From Dipteris shenzhenensis (lineage: Eukaryota): a DNA stretch of 64,000 nucleotides. Under the pieces are notes generated by a model, which was given only the letters and a program-made list of their open reading frames with translations, was not told where the DNA came from and searched no databases. Location of the stretch: NCBI GenBank assembly GCA_047967505.1, contig CM106538.1. The stretch is one strand, 5' to 3'. The translations under genes were made by a program, and so were the position numbers. Every line of letters begins with the position of its first letter. Position 1 is the stretch's first letter. Below, in pieces: positions 29,343 to 41,389 of the stretch.

Positions 29343-31101
29343 TGGAAGCACATAAGCATACCTTTCCTTCAGGTCGCACAAAGCTCCATGAGAATTATTA
29401 AATGCTCACAATTTGGTTCTAATTGCAAGTGGAGCTTCAACGTCGCACCAAGGGTGCATGTCTAGCCTTGTGTGCACAAGGCCTAAGAGCGATTTCACAA
29501 GCTTCCATTGAAACCCTGCACATTGTTACTTCACAACATGATTTTACCTAGTTCTTGGAAGCAAACCTGTGTGCGTTGCACATTCTTGTGTCACCACTGC
29601 ACCTTCTCCAGAATTCAAAAATGGACAAGTGTGGTGGGTGAGGATGGGAGCATGTTGAACAAGGCAAGCCCTTCACGCCACTTCTTGTATTGTGAGGATG
29701 GGTGCTATGTGGCAAGCCCTTCACGCCACTTCTTGTATTGTCTCTTCCTTCTTCAAAGACCTCATTTTTAGGAGCTTTGTGAAGGTGACATGTGTAGAGA
29801 GAGCACATTGAGTTCTAGAGAGTAGTATGGGTTTCAGTTTTTGCTATGCATTCACATAGAGCAGACAAAAATCTAACTTCGCCCGTCTACCAATCATCTG
29901 CTGCCACCTTGCAATTTTGATTTTTCTTGTTCACCCACTTGTAAAAGGCATGGTTTTGTAGGCATGTGTTTCGAGTGGTTGTTCTGTGTCCACGGCGATG
30001 ATGTTTGCAGATGCTTGTTGCGAAACCTACCTACGTCATCTCCACAAGAGTTTTGATCTTGACCAATGAATCAAAACTCTTTTTTAATTCTAAATAGGAC
30101 ACTACACACGAACCAGCTAACCATCTAGTCTACACACTACACACTAACCAGCTAGTCTACACTAAAACTAGCTACAAACAAAGTCGTATTTACATGAAAC
30201 CAATCATGCCGGTGACATCGACCAAAACACCAAATGGCCTAGTTAAAATTGTCAAAAAAGTACCAAAAGACCCCATGGAGTGTACCTTGTGCAATGTGGA
30301 GAGCAGGGAGGAAGGCAAAGCGACGTGCTGCTTTTCACAGGCAGCGTTCAGAGATGGCATTCAATCACCGAATGTGCAGGTTGCAAGCATGCGGGTGCGG
30401 AAATGCCCGACTGGAGAGACCCAATTCGCGTCTGCAGAGGGGCGAATTGACGACAGAGACGGGCGTGGCATAGATGGGGGGAAAGGTGCATGCATGATGC
30501 ATTTTTGCCCATGTCTAGGGAATGGAGTCTTAGAAAACAAGTGGCCAAGCATTCTAGTGTCGAACTCAAAACTGAGGCAACCAACCACCAAGTCAGGGTG
30601 GCAGGAATGTTGGCTGGGGGAGGGGGGGAATGGTGTGTCAGGGTCGATTCCGTGGGGAACAGCTTCGGAGGGGGAAGATTAGAGGTGGGAATGGGGGGTC
30701 TGAATCTATTCTAAGGCTAGTAATACGTAGAGAGGGAGGCAGCGCTCTTTCATCGCCATCGCCATCGCCATCGCCATCGCCATAGCCAGCTCTTCTTCAT
30801 TCTCCTTCATTCAGACCAACGCCCTGCCTCGTCTTCACTCCGATGCGATGCCTGCAACTCCGTAGCAGCAGCTGCTGCTTCTCCTTGCTTTGCTTTATTG
30901 CTTTCTGCTGCCATCGCCGCCCTCTCACGGGTTTCCCCTTCCCTTTCTTCTCCTCTTCCCCATCCCTCTCCCTCCTTTCCTCCCCTCCCTCCCCAGGCTT
31001 TTCCTCCCTTCCCTCCCAACGATTTGGTTTCTTGCCCTTTCCTCTCGGACTCCCTCCCTCACGGTCATGAGTGACAACCACTCCCTTGCTTCCCCCCCAC
31101 A

Positions 31102-33115
31102 ATGCCTCTTGCCGAATTCCGCATCCGCCCTTCTCCTTGCCGGAAATTCTACCTCCTATTCATCTTGCTCTGCCAGCTCGCCTGGATTGTGCCTTCCACA
31201 TTTTTCTTCCTCATCCAGGCCTCCACGCCCAGAATCGTCATTCTCCAGTCTTCCGAGTCGCAAGGCCCTAACGCCACGATCAGCTCGCAAGGTTTCGCCG
31301 GACCTGTCCGTGTTTTTGGCGTCGGAGAGCTCGATACGGTGAACAGGATCTACGAGGAATGGGAGAGCTTCTGGCCAGCAATGAGGGACCGGCTTCTCGC
31401 GAGAGGCTTTGTGGAGCCTTCGGGAAAGACCTGCTTCATATGGCTTGAAGAGTGCTACGCCTTGGCAAAACACGAAGGAATGCTAGACGTGAGCTTCCCA
31501 TGACTCGATTCTCGTTTTATGGTATGTTCCGTCGAAGCGCCCTCTCTAACTGGTTCCTGTGATTTCTCCTCCAGATTGTTACTGCTATTATCGGGCCGAG
31601 GGTTTTGCTATACGGGATGACGGTCTGGCGGGGGCGTAACGAGATTTTGCAGCGGTTTCACAGGGATCTCGAGGTCGTTGGCTGTCCCAAATCTTTGAAC
31701 GTGGTGCTGGGTGCCAGCGTGCAGTTCATGACCCAGTCCCACAAGATTCCCGAGCGATCGCTCCAGCTGCTGTTGCGCAATATGCAAGCGTTGGAGGAGG
31801 AATCGCTGGGGATTTCGAGCCCCAGAGAACGAGCTGCGTTCGTAGAAAGGGTAAGAGGAGGTAGGAGCGTGTGTTCCATTATCAGCTTGCGATCGGTGAT
31901 CAATCGAGTGATTGACGATATCCGTTTTTGGTGCAGTCTTTTGGAACGAGGGTTAAGAGGATGATCAGGACCCCCGACATCCGATTGGCAACCCTGGAGG
32001 GGCGGGAGGGAGAGGCCGTGTTCTTGGAGGGCAGGACGACGTACCGTGTAGGCGAAGCTTCCGGGACGAAGAAGGCTATGCTCTTGCAATTCATCTCGGC
32101 GGATTGCAATCTACGCGATCCACGCAACCTGGCGTGGGGATCTAACGGGTTGGATAAGAGCGTTCTCATGCCGCCTGCCCTGCTGGTGTCCGGGGATCGC
32201 ACGTCGCTCAAGGCGTCCAACGATGTTCGTCTGGGGCTGGTTAAGGCGGAAGCGTGGAAGATTACAGCCAGCGGAGGCCTGGTTCTGGACGGAAGAGAGG
32301 AGGGGCAAGGGGACGACATCAGGAGCTACAGGTCGGACCTGTTTCGGAGTGTTACGGTATTTCCGAGGCCCAATGAAACAGTAGCGGCATGGCAGGAGGT
32401 GGGGAAATGGAGGTCCCAGGAGTTGGGAGTGTTGTCGACATCGGTGCTGGCGGGGGGTAGGATAGAGCAATTCTATCTGGCGAGGGCGGAGGGGGCGGAG
32501 CGGGTGGAATTCCGGAAGGCAGAAGGGGATCGAGTGATAGTGGTGGTGCGTGGAGAGATGCTCTACTTCCGAGCTAGCAAAGATGGAGCTGGAGCTGGCG
32601 ATGGCGATGGAGATGGGCTTAGCTTCTGTGAGCTGCTGGAGCTGAAACCAGGGAGCGCAGTGCGCTTGAACGAGAATCTGCTCCACGCGCTGGTGCCTTC
32701 GGGGCCAGGGGTGGCCTTCGTCTCCTTCCGCTGGGCTGGCTATGGCGATGAAAAGCTTGGAGCAGAAGAGCTTGATCATCAAACTGGGTATGGCGATGGC
32801 GACGACAAGCTTCGACCGTTCACAGAAGCCACGGATGGTCGCACCATCTCCCTGTCCAGCGGGCAGGCCTACGACCCGGATAACGATGAGAATTGCGACG
32901 TTGTCGTGATCATAGTGGACGGTCACCTCCTACAGATCCTCCCCTCCAAAGAGACAGCGCAGGCACCGGATGTGTTGCTCATCCCTGCCGGCGAATCTTG
33001 TGTGCTCTGGAACGTCGGCGGTCCTTCTGTCCGATTCTTCGCCATGCACCTCTGCCGATTCAACGGCACTGCCCAAATCTCCACCTCATTCGGAGCAAGC
33101 GGAAAGGTTTTCTGA
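31102..33115 (+). CDS. 613-aa protein: hydrophobic N-terminus, PhyH-like Fe(II)/2OG dioxygenase domain, cupin-like C-terminus; exons 31102-31488, 31575-31850, 31937-33115
   Basis: Two 86-nt phase-0 GT-AG introns (GAC|GTGAGC..CTAAC..TCCAG|ATT and AGG|GTAAGA..TGCAG|TCT) join three ORF-track ORFs with no stop. Motifs: GFAGPVRVF, LAKHEGMLDIVTAIIGPRVLLYG, FHRD, VQFMTQSH, EGEAVFLEGRTTY, VIVVVRGE..LKPGSAVRLNENLLHAL. Confidence 0.85.
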
Positions 33116-35299
33116 TGAGAGAGACGACTTTCACTTCCAGCCACTCTCTTCTTTCCGGCTTTCGTCATTGGGTTCCTCACATTTCTTGGATGCGCTGGAC
33201 CCTGGAGTCTGTACCATGATTTTGCGACACGAACATTAACTATTCTTCGCTCTTCTGCGATTTCGAGAAGCTTCCGCTCTCCAGTAATGCACAGAGACCG
33301 GCAACTCAGAAGCTCCAAGCTGAACGAAGATTTCAAGATCCACACCATTTTTTCAGTGTAAACAGGTTTCTATGTAGTGCACAGTCAGAGTTTGATGTTT
33401 CTGGCTCTCAAAACAACAATGGAGACAAGCTTTAAGAATTTGTCATTAGGCGCCACCGAATTGGTAAGGCGATGTTGTGCGGCCTGGCTATGCCCAATTT
33501 AGTACTTCCGATTTCGTTTAAGCCAAACTGGATGGAGAGATTGGACAATTTCTGATGCTTTCCAGTTGGTTGCAGATCTTTTCTATGCATCTTACTTTGT
33601 ATAAGTCCTTGAGCATTTGAATTTGCAGTGGACGATTGCTAGAGGGTTGGTTCCCAATGTACAATTACGTTACTTCTTAACATTTATTGCCCCTGCAAAG
33701 CGAGGGATGTGATGAACTAAGAATCCCGTCCTTATGCCGAAGGGATCCCTGTGGAGATCTTCGTATATTATTTCTGATCCCTCGCCTGCCTTTATTTTTT
33801 CTAAACAAAACTTTCCAGGTGACAGTTTGGAGAAAACGTTGCTTAATATTTCAGTTTTTGGTTACCATTTTGGCAATTTTACTACTTGCCATGACAAAAA
33901 CGTTAGGGGGTGTAAGAACAACCGTTAACCAGCCAAGGAACGCCCACGTTCTCGGAACTTATTCTCTGGCGTTCTGCTATCTGAGAAAAAGCCAAAAGAG
34001 TATCGAATGGTACCCAGCTTCCTTCTCTCAGCCCCTATTTTAGCCCCCCCTCCTCTCAGCCCCAGCCCCCGCCAGCCTCTTCTAAGCTCTCAGTCCCTTC
34101 TCTTCTGCAACAAAATTTGCAGCCCTTTTGCTTCATTTTTTTAATCTATAGCTACTATGATGTATCATCCATGATTCCATCCTTGGACCTCATGGCATTA
34201 TGCGCATTGCAAACATCTTCATCAATGTACTTTTTATTATGTGTTTTAAAAAGTTTAAAGCTGAAATGGAAAGTTAAAACTGAATTTGTTTTCCTATTCT
34301 GGTACATTTCCATGTGCTTTGATTATGTATCACGAGCTCTTTACAAAAGAGGGGAAATACATGGGTGCACAATTTATGAGGATGGCATCCGTATGGATCC
34401 AAAAAACAGTTAAGGCTATTCTTCAATGGCCTTATCTCAGAATTGTTGAAGGTTTACTTGGGATTATCTGGCTTTTCAGAGGGTTCATAAAAGATTATGC
34501 CAAAAGTTGATGATTGGATGACGGAGCAGCTTAACGGGAAGGAAAGACCTTTACCTGGCAAGAGGTCGAAAGTTCTGACGCGTTATAGCCCCTGCACTAA
34601 TGTTAAATGTGACAGATCCGAATCTACCATTGTGGTGGAAGTGGATGCAAGTGACTTTGCTGTGGGAGCAGTGCTGATCCAGGGAGACGGCCAGTAGCTT
34701 TCAAAAGTGAAAATGTAGACTCAGCACTACAAAAGTTGTTCAGCCTATGAAAATGGAGGTTTTGCCTATTATCCGTGCTTTCAAGGCATGGAGGGACTGT
34801 TTATAAATGGTTCTAAATTTGAGATCCTCATGCATTAGGAAAGTATCAAATGGTTGTGTAACCAAATTTAGTTAAATGGTTGTGTATGAAGACTTTGTAT
34901 AAATGGATGCTCAAGTATGTGTGGGTGTGTGGATTTGTATGTGTGAGAGCATACTTTTATACTATGCTCTACACCCACTGTTGGGCGCTGATGACGTCAG
35001 TGGGGATGTCATAGTAGCTAGTCCCTGCTATGCATGATGGAGTTTATGGTTCTCAATCTTATGAGTGACAACTGCACATGCAAATTTCACCTTGTGAAGT
35101 TTTAGTCCAAGTTGCGGCCTGTTGGTATTGGGATAATTCTTTCTATCTTAAATGATGAGTTGCCCTACCAGCTAGATTTAGATTTAGATGCTCGTTTGGG
35201 AGAGACTAAAATGAAATCGTTTAGACTTCACAAGCAGTTGTAGCTTGAATGAAGAGATTTGGACTATTTGATTAGCCTTCTCCTTTAGTGCTAGCCTTC

Positions 35300-38200
35300 T
35301 GTTGAGATTGACATCTCCAGGCCTCCACAGGGCGCGCTCCTGCACCCCACCAGCTCCCACGCGACAGGGCCGAAGCAGGGGGACAGAGGGGGTAGACCAG
35401 GCCGACCAGCCCCTGGCCGACCAGCTGGTCGGCCCAGTTGGCTGACCGACCAGCTGGTCGGTCTAGGCCAACTAGACCGACCCTCTACCCTGGCCTTCCC
35501 TATATAAGGGCCCTCCCCCTCCTCATTTCACTCACCCACTCCAGCAGCTCCTCAGGGCTTCAGTTATTGCCTGCTCCTGGCCGTCCCTACCTGAGCCCCT
35601 TAGCTGCCCTGTTGGCTGCCCACGCTCCCTCTGCAGATCCCTCATTCTTTTCCAGGCTCCTCCTGCCTCCTCGCTCCAGGCTCCTCCAGTCTCCTTGTTC
35701 CCAGGCTCCTGCCTCTTCGCTCTAGGCTCCTCCAGCCTCCTCGTTCCCAGGCTCCTGCCTCCTCGCTCCAGGCTCCTCCAGCCTCCTCGTTCCCAGGCTC
35801 CTGCCTTCTCGCTCCAGGCTCCTCCAGCCTCCGTGCTCTCAGGCTCCAGCCTCCTTGTGCCCCTATCCTCTGCTCCAGTTCAGCCCCTTCTGCAGCTCCT
35901 GTTTCTCATCCTGTTCAGGACTCCTTGTATTACAGTTGCTGCCCTGGTTTATGGGCTGAGTTACAGCAGATCTGTTTGTGGCACATCTTGTTGTCTCTAG
36001 TGTTCTCTGTGTGATTCTGTAGCTTCAGTTTGCTTACATCTTCCGCTGCCACTTTTAACATGGTATCAGAGCACCAGAATACTCTCTGATCTTGGAGCTC
36101 CTGTATTGATGAAGTTGAAGGAGCTTGTCCTCGTCGGCAACTCTCTTTCCCGCTGACTACAGAGCTCTCTTCTTCCCCTTTTTTTTTTTTTTTTTGCTGC
36201 CTTTCTCTTGTCGGCAGCCCCGTTCTAGATTTCGATCTGCTCACCAGCACCTATTCTCCTGGTCGGCTGTTCTCTTCAGCCCCTGGTTGCTGTCCACTCC
36301 CTGGTTTCAGTCATGGCTGCTGAAACAAAGGATTCTGCTCCGGATCTTCGCGTTCCCCCTATGTCCAGCTTCTTTCAAGAGTCTGACAAGCCTGTACGCA
36401 TCCCCACTCTTCCTACATTTCCAGATGCTCGGCAGTTAGATGGGACCAACTATTCACTTTGGAAAATTCAGATGGCATCTGTATTGATCTTGCCGAGTTT
36501 GTTGATCCTGGGATCCCTCGTCCGTCTCCTGAGGAGGATCCACATGCTTCTCTTATCTGGGACAAATTGAATGCTCGTGTGCGCTCGTTCATCTTTCTCA
36601 ATTGTCAACCAGGGGTTCTCAATCATATCAAGCACCTTACTTCTGCACGTGCTATTTGGGAATTTCTTGATGGCATGTACCTTCGCGTCACTCCCATGAA
36701 ACGTATCTCCTTGGAAGTTCAGCTTCGTCGCCTCGATCCGGCTACTTCCTCTTCCATACGGGACCACATCAATAAAATGCAGAGCATGCATCAGGACATC
36801 CTCCATGCAGGCAAGGCTATCTCCTCCGAAGATATGGCTATTACTCTCTTATCTCATGTTATTGCTGACAGTCGATACGCCGCATTCTATTCTTCTCTTA
36901 TTACCTCTGGCCGCCTCAGCACCATCACTTGGGAGGAACTTGTCCCCATGATGATGGATCAGGAGGAACAGTTCATTAAATCCTCTGATGGCCCTTCTGA
37001 GGCTCTTGTGGCCCACCATCCCAATCTTTATCTCTTTCATGAAGGACAGCTTCATACCTTCATCATTCTTTATGTGGATGATCTGATTCTTAGTGGGAGT
37101 CATACCAATCATATCCTTGCCATTAAAGTTGCTCTTCAAACTGAATTTGAGATGACGGATATGGGCCTCCTCCATTTTTTCTTGGGTCTCGAGATTTGGC
37201 AGACCAAGAGGGGGTATTTTGTCTCTCAGCAGCGCTATGTTCACGAGCTCCTCGAAACTTTCCACATGGCTGACTGTCGGCCCATCACTTCTCCCATGGA
37301 TCCCAACTCTAAACTCTCTGCTTCTGGGTCCACTGCTTATCCTGATGCCTCCCTCTACCGCCAGCTTGTTGGTTCTCTTATCTGGCTACTTAACACTCGA
37401 CTGGATCTCGGCTTCTCTGTCGGCATCCTCAGTACCTTTATGCAAACCCCTTCGCTTTCTCATTGGCAGGCTGCTCGACGTCTCCTCCGCTATCTTCAGG
37501 GGACCTCTACTTTCGGGCTCCTATATACTGCCGGTGGCTCCTCTCCTTCCCCGCTCACTCTCCGAGGTTGGAGTGACTCTGATTGGGCTGGCGACCCCGA
37601 TTCTCGCCGCTCTACCACGGGCTATGTTTTCTCCTTTGGCTCTGCGGCTATCTCCTGGTCCAGTAAACGACAACCCACGGTCGCCCTATCCTCCACCGAG
37701 GCTGAGTATCGTGCTATGTGTAGTGCCACCTCTGAGGCTGTGTGGCTTCGGCGCCTTCTTCTCGATTGTGGTTTTCAGCAACACGCTCCTACCACACTTT
37801 TTTGTGACAATCAAAGCTGTATCGTCCTTGCTCGCAATCCGGTCTTCCATGCTCGGACAAAACACATCGAAATTCAGTACCACTACACTCGGGAGAAGGT
37901 TCTTGACGGTACCATTTTGCTCCTCTTTAGCACCACTACCGACAACGTCGCCGACATTTTCACCAAACCTGTTTCCTCTCCCCTTCTCCAGTGTCAGGGC
38001 TTCAGTTATTGCCTGCTCCTGGCCGTCCCTACCTGAGCCCCTTAGCTGCCCTGTTGGCTGCCCACGCTCCCTCTGTAGATCCCTCATTCTTTTCCAGGCT
38101 CCTCCTGCCTCCTCGCTCCAGGCTCCTCCAGTCTCCTTGTTCCCAGGCTCCTGCCTCTTCGCTCCAGGCTCCTCCAGCCTCCTCGTTCCCAAGCTCCTGC

Positions 38201-38502
38201 CTCCTCGCTCCAGGCTCCTCGAGCCTCCTTGTTCCCAGGCTCCTGCCTTCTCGCTCCAGGCTCCTCCAGCCTCCGTGCTCTCAGGCTCCAGCCTCCTTGT
38301 GTCCCTATCCTCTGCTCCAGTTCAGCTCCTTCTGCAGCTCCTGTTTCTCATCCTGTTCAGGACTCCTTGTATTACAGTTGCTGCCCTGGTTTATGGGTTG
38401 AGTTACAGCAGATCTGTTTGTGGCACATCTTGTTGTCTCTAGTGTTCTCTGTGTGATTCTGTAGCTTCAGTTTGCTTACATCTTCCGCTGCCACTTTTAA
38501 CA
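35300..38502 (+). mobile_element. Internally deleted non-autonomous Ty1/copia element with TSD CCTTC
   Basis: TGTTG..TAACA termini; CCTTC at 35295-35299 and 38503-38507; 5' LTR 35300-36060; PBS TGGTATCAGAGC (tRNA-iMet) at 36061; partial 3' LTR 37994-38502. Confidence 0.95.
36313..38036 (+). pseudogene. Copia gag fused in frame to RT C-terminus and RNase H (protease and integrase missing)
   Basis: LDGTNYSLWK gag start with a frameshift near 36487. A 525-codon ORF then runs gag ..EALVAH|HPNLY..LYVDDL..WSDSDWAGD..RTKHIEI..ADIFTK. Confidence 0.9.
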
Positions 38503-39549
38503 CCTTCGTCATGGCTGAGTTTGCCCTTCACCTCCGGAGTGCCGATAGAAACTTAGTATGAAGACTTTGTATAAATGGATGCTCAAGTATGTGTGGATGT
38601 GTGGATTTGTATGCGTGAGAGCGTACTTTTATACAATGGTCTACACCCATGTTGGGCGCTGATGATGTCAGTGGGGATGTCATAGTAGCTAGTCCCTTCT
38701 ATGCATGATGGAGTTTATGGTTCTCAATCTTATGAGTGACTCTCGTGAGATTGAAACTGCACTATGTTGTGTTTTTAGAGGATGAGTTTGGGAATGTTCT
38801 TGGATTCATCTAGGTATATATTAGTTATGAGGTCGAATGGCCAAGTGGGCTGAGTTAATGTATGAGTTTGATTTTGAGTTAGGTATCTTGAGAGGGCAAG
38901 CGTAATGTGGTAGCTGATGGGAATGTTAAGACAAATTGAGTTTTATTCAATTCTATAATGATTCCTAGAGTCCTAGAAGTTAGATGTGAGCATGATGCCT
39001 ACTATTTTTTGATATATGGAAGGAAGGGACTTCATGGTTGAAGTAGCTATAATAGGTGTGGAATCCATAGTTGATACACAAAATCTTTGTATTAATGATA
39101 CATCAATGGACGTTGGTGACTGTAGTGAGGTATTCCAAGTAGTTTCATGAAGAGAATGTGAAGCACCGAAGTTGGTGCTAGTGAAGCACCCAAGTAGAAA
39201 AAGTATACTTTAGAAAATGGTTATTTACTTAATACAAGTAGAGTGTGCGACCTACATGATAAAAACTTTAGATGCGAAATACATTTTGTAAAAGACTTCA
39301 TTATTTTGAAGAGAGAGTTCTTTTGGCCAAGTATGAGTAAGAATGTCCAAAATTATGTTGATAGTCACCACGAAATTTTGTTGACATAGGAGAAACAGGT
39401 AGAAAATTTTATAAGTGAATGTGTGTGTGTTGTGGGACTACCTCTAGAGCACACCTTGCTCAGGCCTTTGTCACTCACTTTGCTAGCTTAGATTCTTGCT
39501 CACAGGATGTTTTGTTGGCACTAAAGGAAGCCAAGGCCTTGCAACTTGA

Positions 39550-40140
39550 GGCACCTTTCAAAGAAGGGAACTCATTGATGCAATAAAATCGTGTGGTAAA
39601 TGGAAGTCTCTGGATTGGGATGGCTTCCTGTGGAGTTTTTTATTGCATATTGGGCTGCTCTCAAGCCTGTTTTGCTGCATATGATTAATTATGTTTGGGA
39701 AAATGAGCAACTGCTTGATGCTTGGAAGAAGGGTTTGTTCAAGATGCTCCCAAAGAAGCTAAAATCTCTGTGATTCATTTGCTGATACCCTTTACCCTCA
39801 TGCTAGTCATTTAGAAGGTGGTTCCCAAAATGGTGGTTGATAGAATTAAAGGTTTGCTGCATGATCGTCTTCATCCTACCCAATATGGCTTCATATCATG
39901 GATAATGTTGCTAATGCCTATGTTGGGATATAATATTCCAAGCACACTCAACAAGATGTACTTTTGTTGCAGGTAGACATTGCCAAAGCATTTGATACTG
40001 TACAAGGGACTTTTATCTATGCGCATACGCTTCCAATTTGTGAGGCCATCTTTCACTAGAGCAGGCACAAACTCACAAGGTCCTATATCCTTGCAGGGAA
40101 TACTAGCTAAATGGCCTTTCAGCCGTGTAACAGACCCTAT
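39550..40140 (+). mobile_element. LINE reverse-transcriptase fragment
   Basis: WKKGLFKMLPK, LHPTQYGFI and QVDIAKAFDTV motifs. Confidence 0.75.
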
Positions 40141-40679
40141 TTTGCTTATGCCGCAATAGTTGCATCTCCACTTCTTGGAGCCGCCACCTCCTTTATAACT
40201 ATCCAGGAGCGAGACATGGACCCCTTAAGGATCTCTCGGCATTGAGGATGATGGAGAGGTGAGAAAGGATGGAGAGGTAGAAGGAGGATGGGGAGGTGAA
40301 ACAGGATGGAGAGGTAGGAGGAGGATGAGAGGTAGAAGGAGGATGGAGAGGTAAGAGAGGAGCGGTAGTGGAGGGATGGAGAGCTGAGAGCAGGCTGAGA
40401 TGGAGAGCAGCTGCCAGCCTGCATGATGGAGAGGATGGAGAGTAGGCTGCAGCCTATGGGGTGGAGAGTAGCCTGCAAGATGGAGGGATCGAGAGGAGAG
40501 CAGGCTGTGGGTGGGTGTGAGGGCCCAGGAATCAAAGATGGAGAGAGGCTGGAGAGCAGCATCATGGGGGGCGGTGGAAACGACGACAGGATGCGACAAA
40601 TCTGCGAAAAACAGTTTAATCAAAAGAGGACAAAAAACAATGATTACGACTAGAAGAAACCTCGTTTCTGTTTCTGCGT

Positions 40680-41166
40680 TTTTGTTTCCAGGCTAGAAAC
40701 GGCTGTTTCTGGTAACTATGCTCGGCTTGCCCATCTTGTTCACATCCTAAGGAGACAGTCCTGCATTTTCTTTGGACTTGCTTGGCAATGCGTGATTTCC
40801 TTCCTAGAATGGGGATGTATCTTTTTGCTTGCTTTCCTGGCATCTCTTTTGGTAGGTAGTTTGGGAGATGCTTCTACACGGGACTGTGTTCAGTTATTCA
40901 GTTGGTGTCAGTATTCGGCTCTGTGGTCTTTATATCATGCCCGTGCCCATAACACTCAGTTTTGTGGGCACTTCTTTGTGGATGTTTATCGTTTTTTCCA
41001 TTCCTCCATGCATCACTCCCTTCAAGACACGCATTCTTTGGGAGATCTTCTCGGGTCTAGTTAGAAGTGTTTTTCCTCGGTTTTTATTTTGAGTAGTAGT
41101 TGCTCCTCGCTAGAGCAGCTATGAATGTACATTTTTCTTAATGAGATAGTCCTTTACAAAAAAAAA
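40680..41166 (+). mobile_element. LINE 3' end (zf-RVT) with poly(A)
   Basis: ACPSCSHPKETVLHFLWTC; ends in CCTTTAC(A)9 at about 41158-41166. Confidence 0.7.
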
Positions 41167-41389
41167 GGAGTGTGTGTGTGTATGCACATCTTTGGATCGT
41201 GACTTGCGCCTGGGTGGTTCTTGGACAATGAACAAGCAGCAACTAGATGATGTTGTTCAGCAATGTTTTAGTGTACTGTTTGCCTCTTCTCCTTTGCTAG
41301 TGGGGATTGATGCCAGATTTGCTTTCCTCGTCACGTTTGTCCAATTCTCTCTTGTAATGAGGCAGCCTCATTGGAGTTGCTTTTCATAG

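Larger units (their letters stand above)
34884..38740. repeat. Pair of ~185-bp direct repeats (34884-35069 and 38556-38740) flanking the copia insertion
   Basis: GTATGAAGACTTTGTATAAATGGATGCTCAAG..CAATCTTATGAGTGAC occurs twice with few mismatches. Confidence 0.9.

Noticed and set aside
31102-32200. SyrB2-type halogenase call
   Set aside because: The motif is HxD (FHRD), not the HxA/G of halogenases, and no NRPS or carrier-protein genes are nearby.
31658-33348. Long antisense ORFs (271, 143, 141 and 139 aa)
   Set aside because: Shadow ORFs of the GC-rich PhyH-cupin gene, with no recognisable motifs.
37219-38456. 407-aa and other Leu/Pro/Ser-rich ORFs
   Set aside because: Alternate frames of copia RT/RNase H and the stop-poor, internally repetitive LTR.
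40146-40696. Several overlapping ORFs in a GATGGAGAG-rich tract
   Set aside because: Low-complexity purine-rich repeat with no protein motif.
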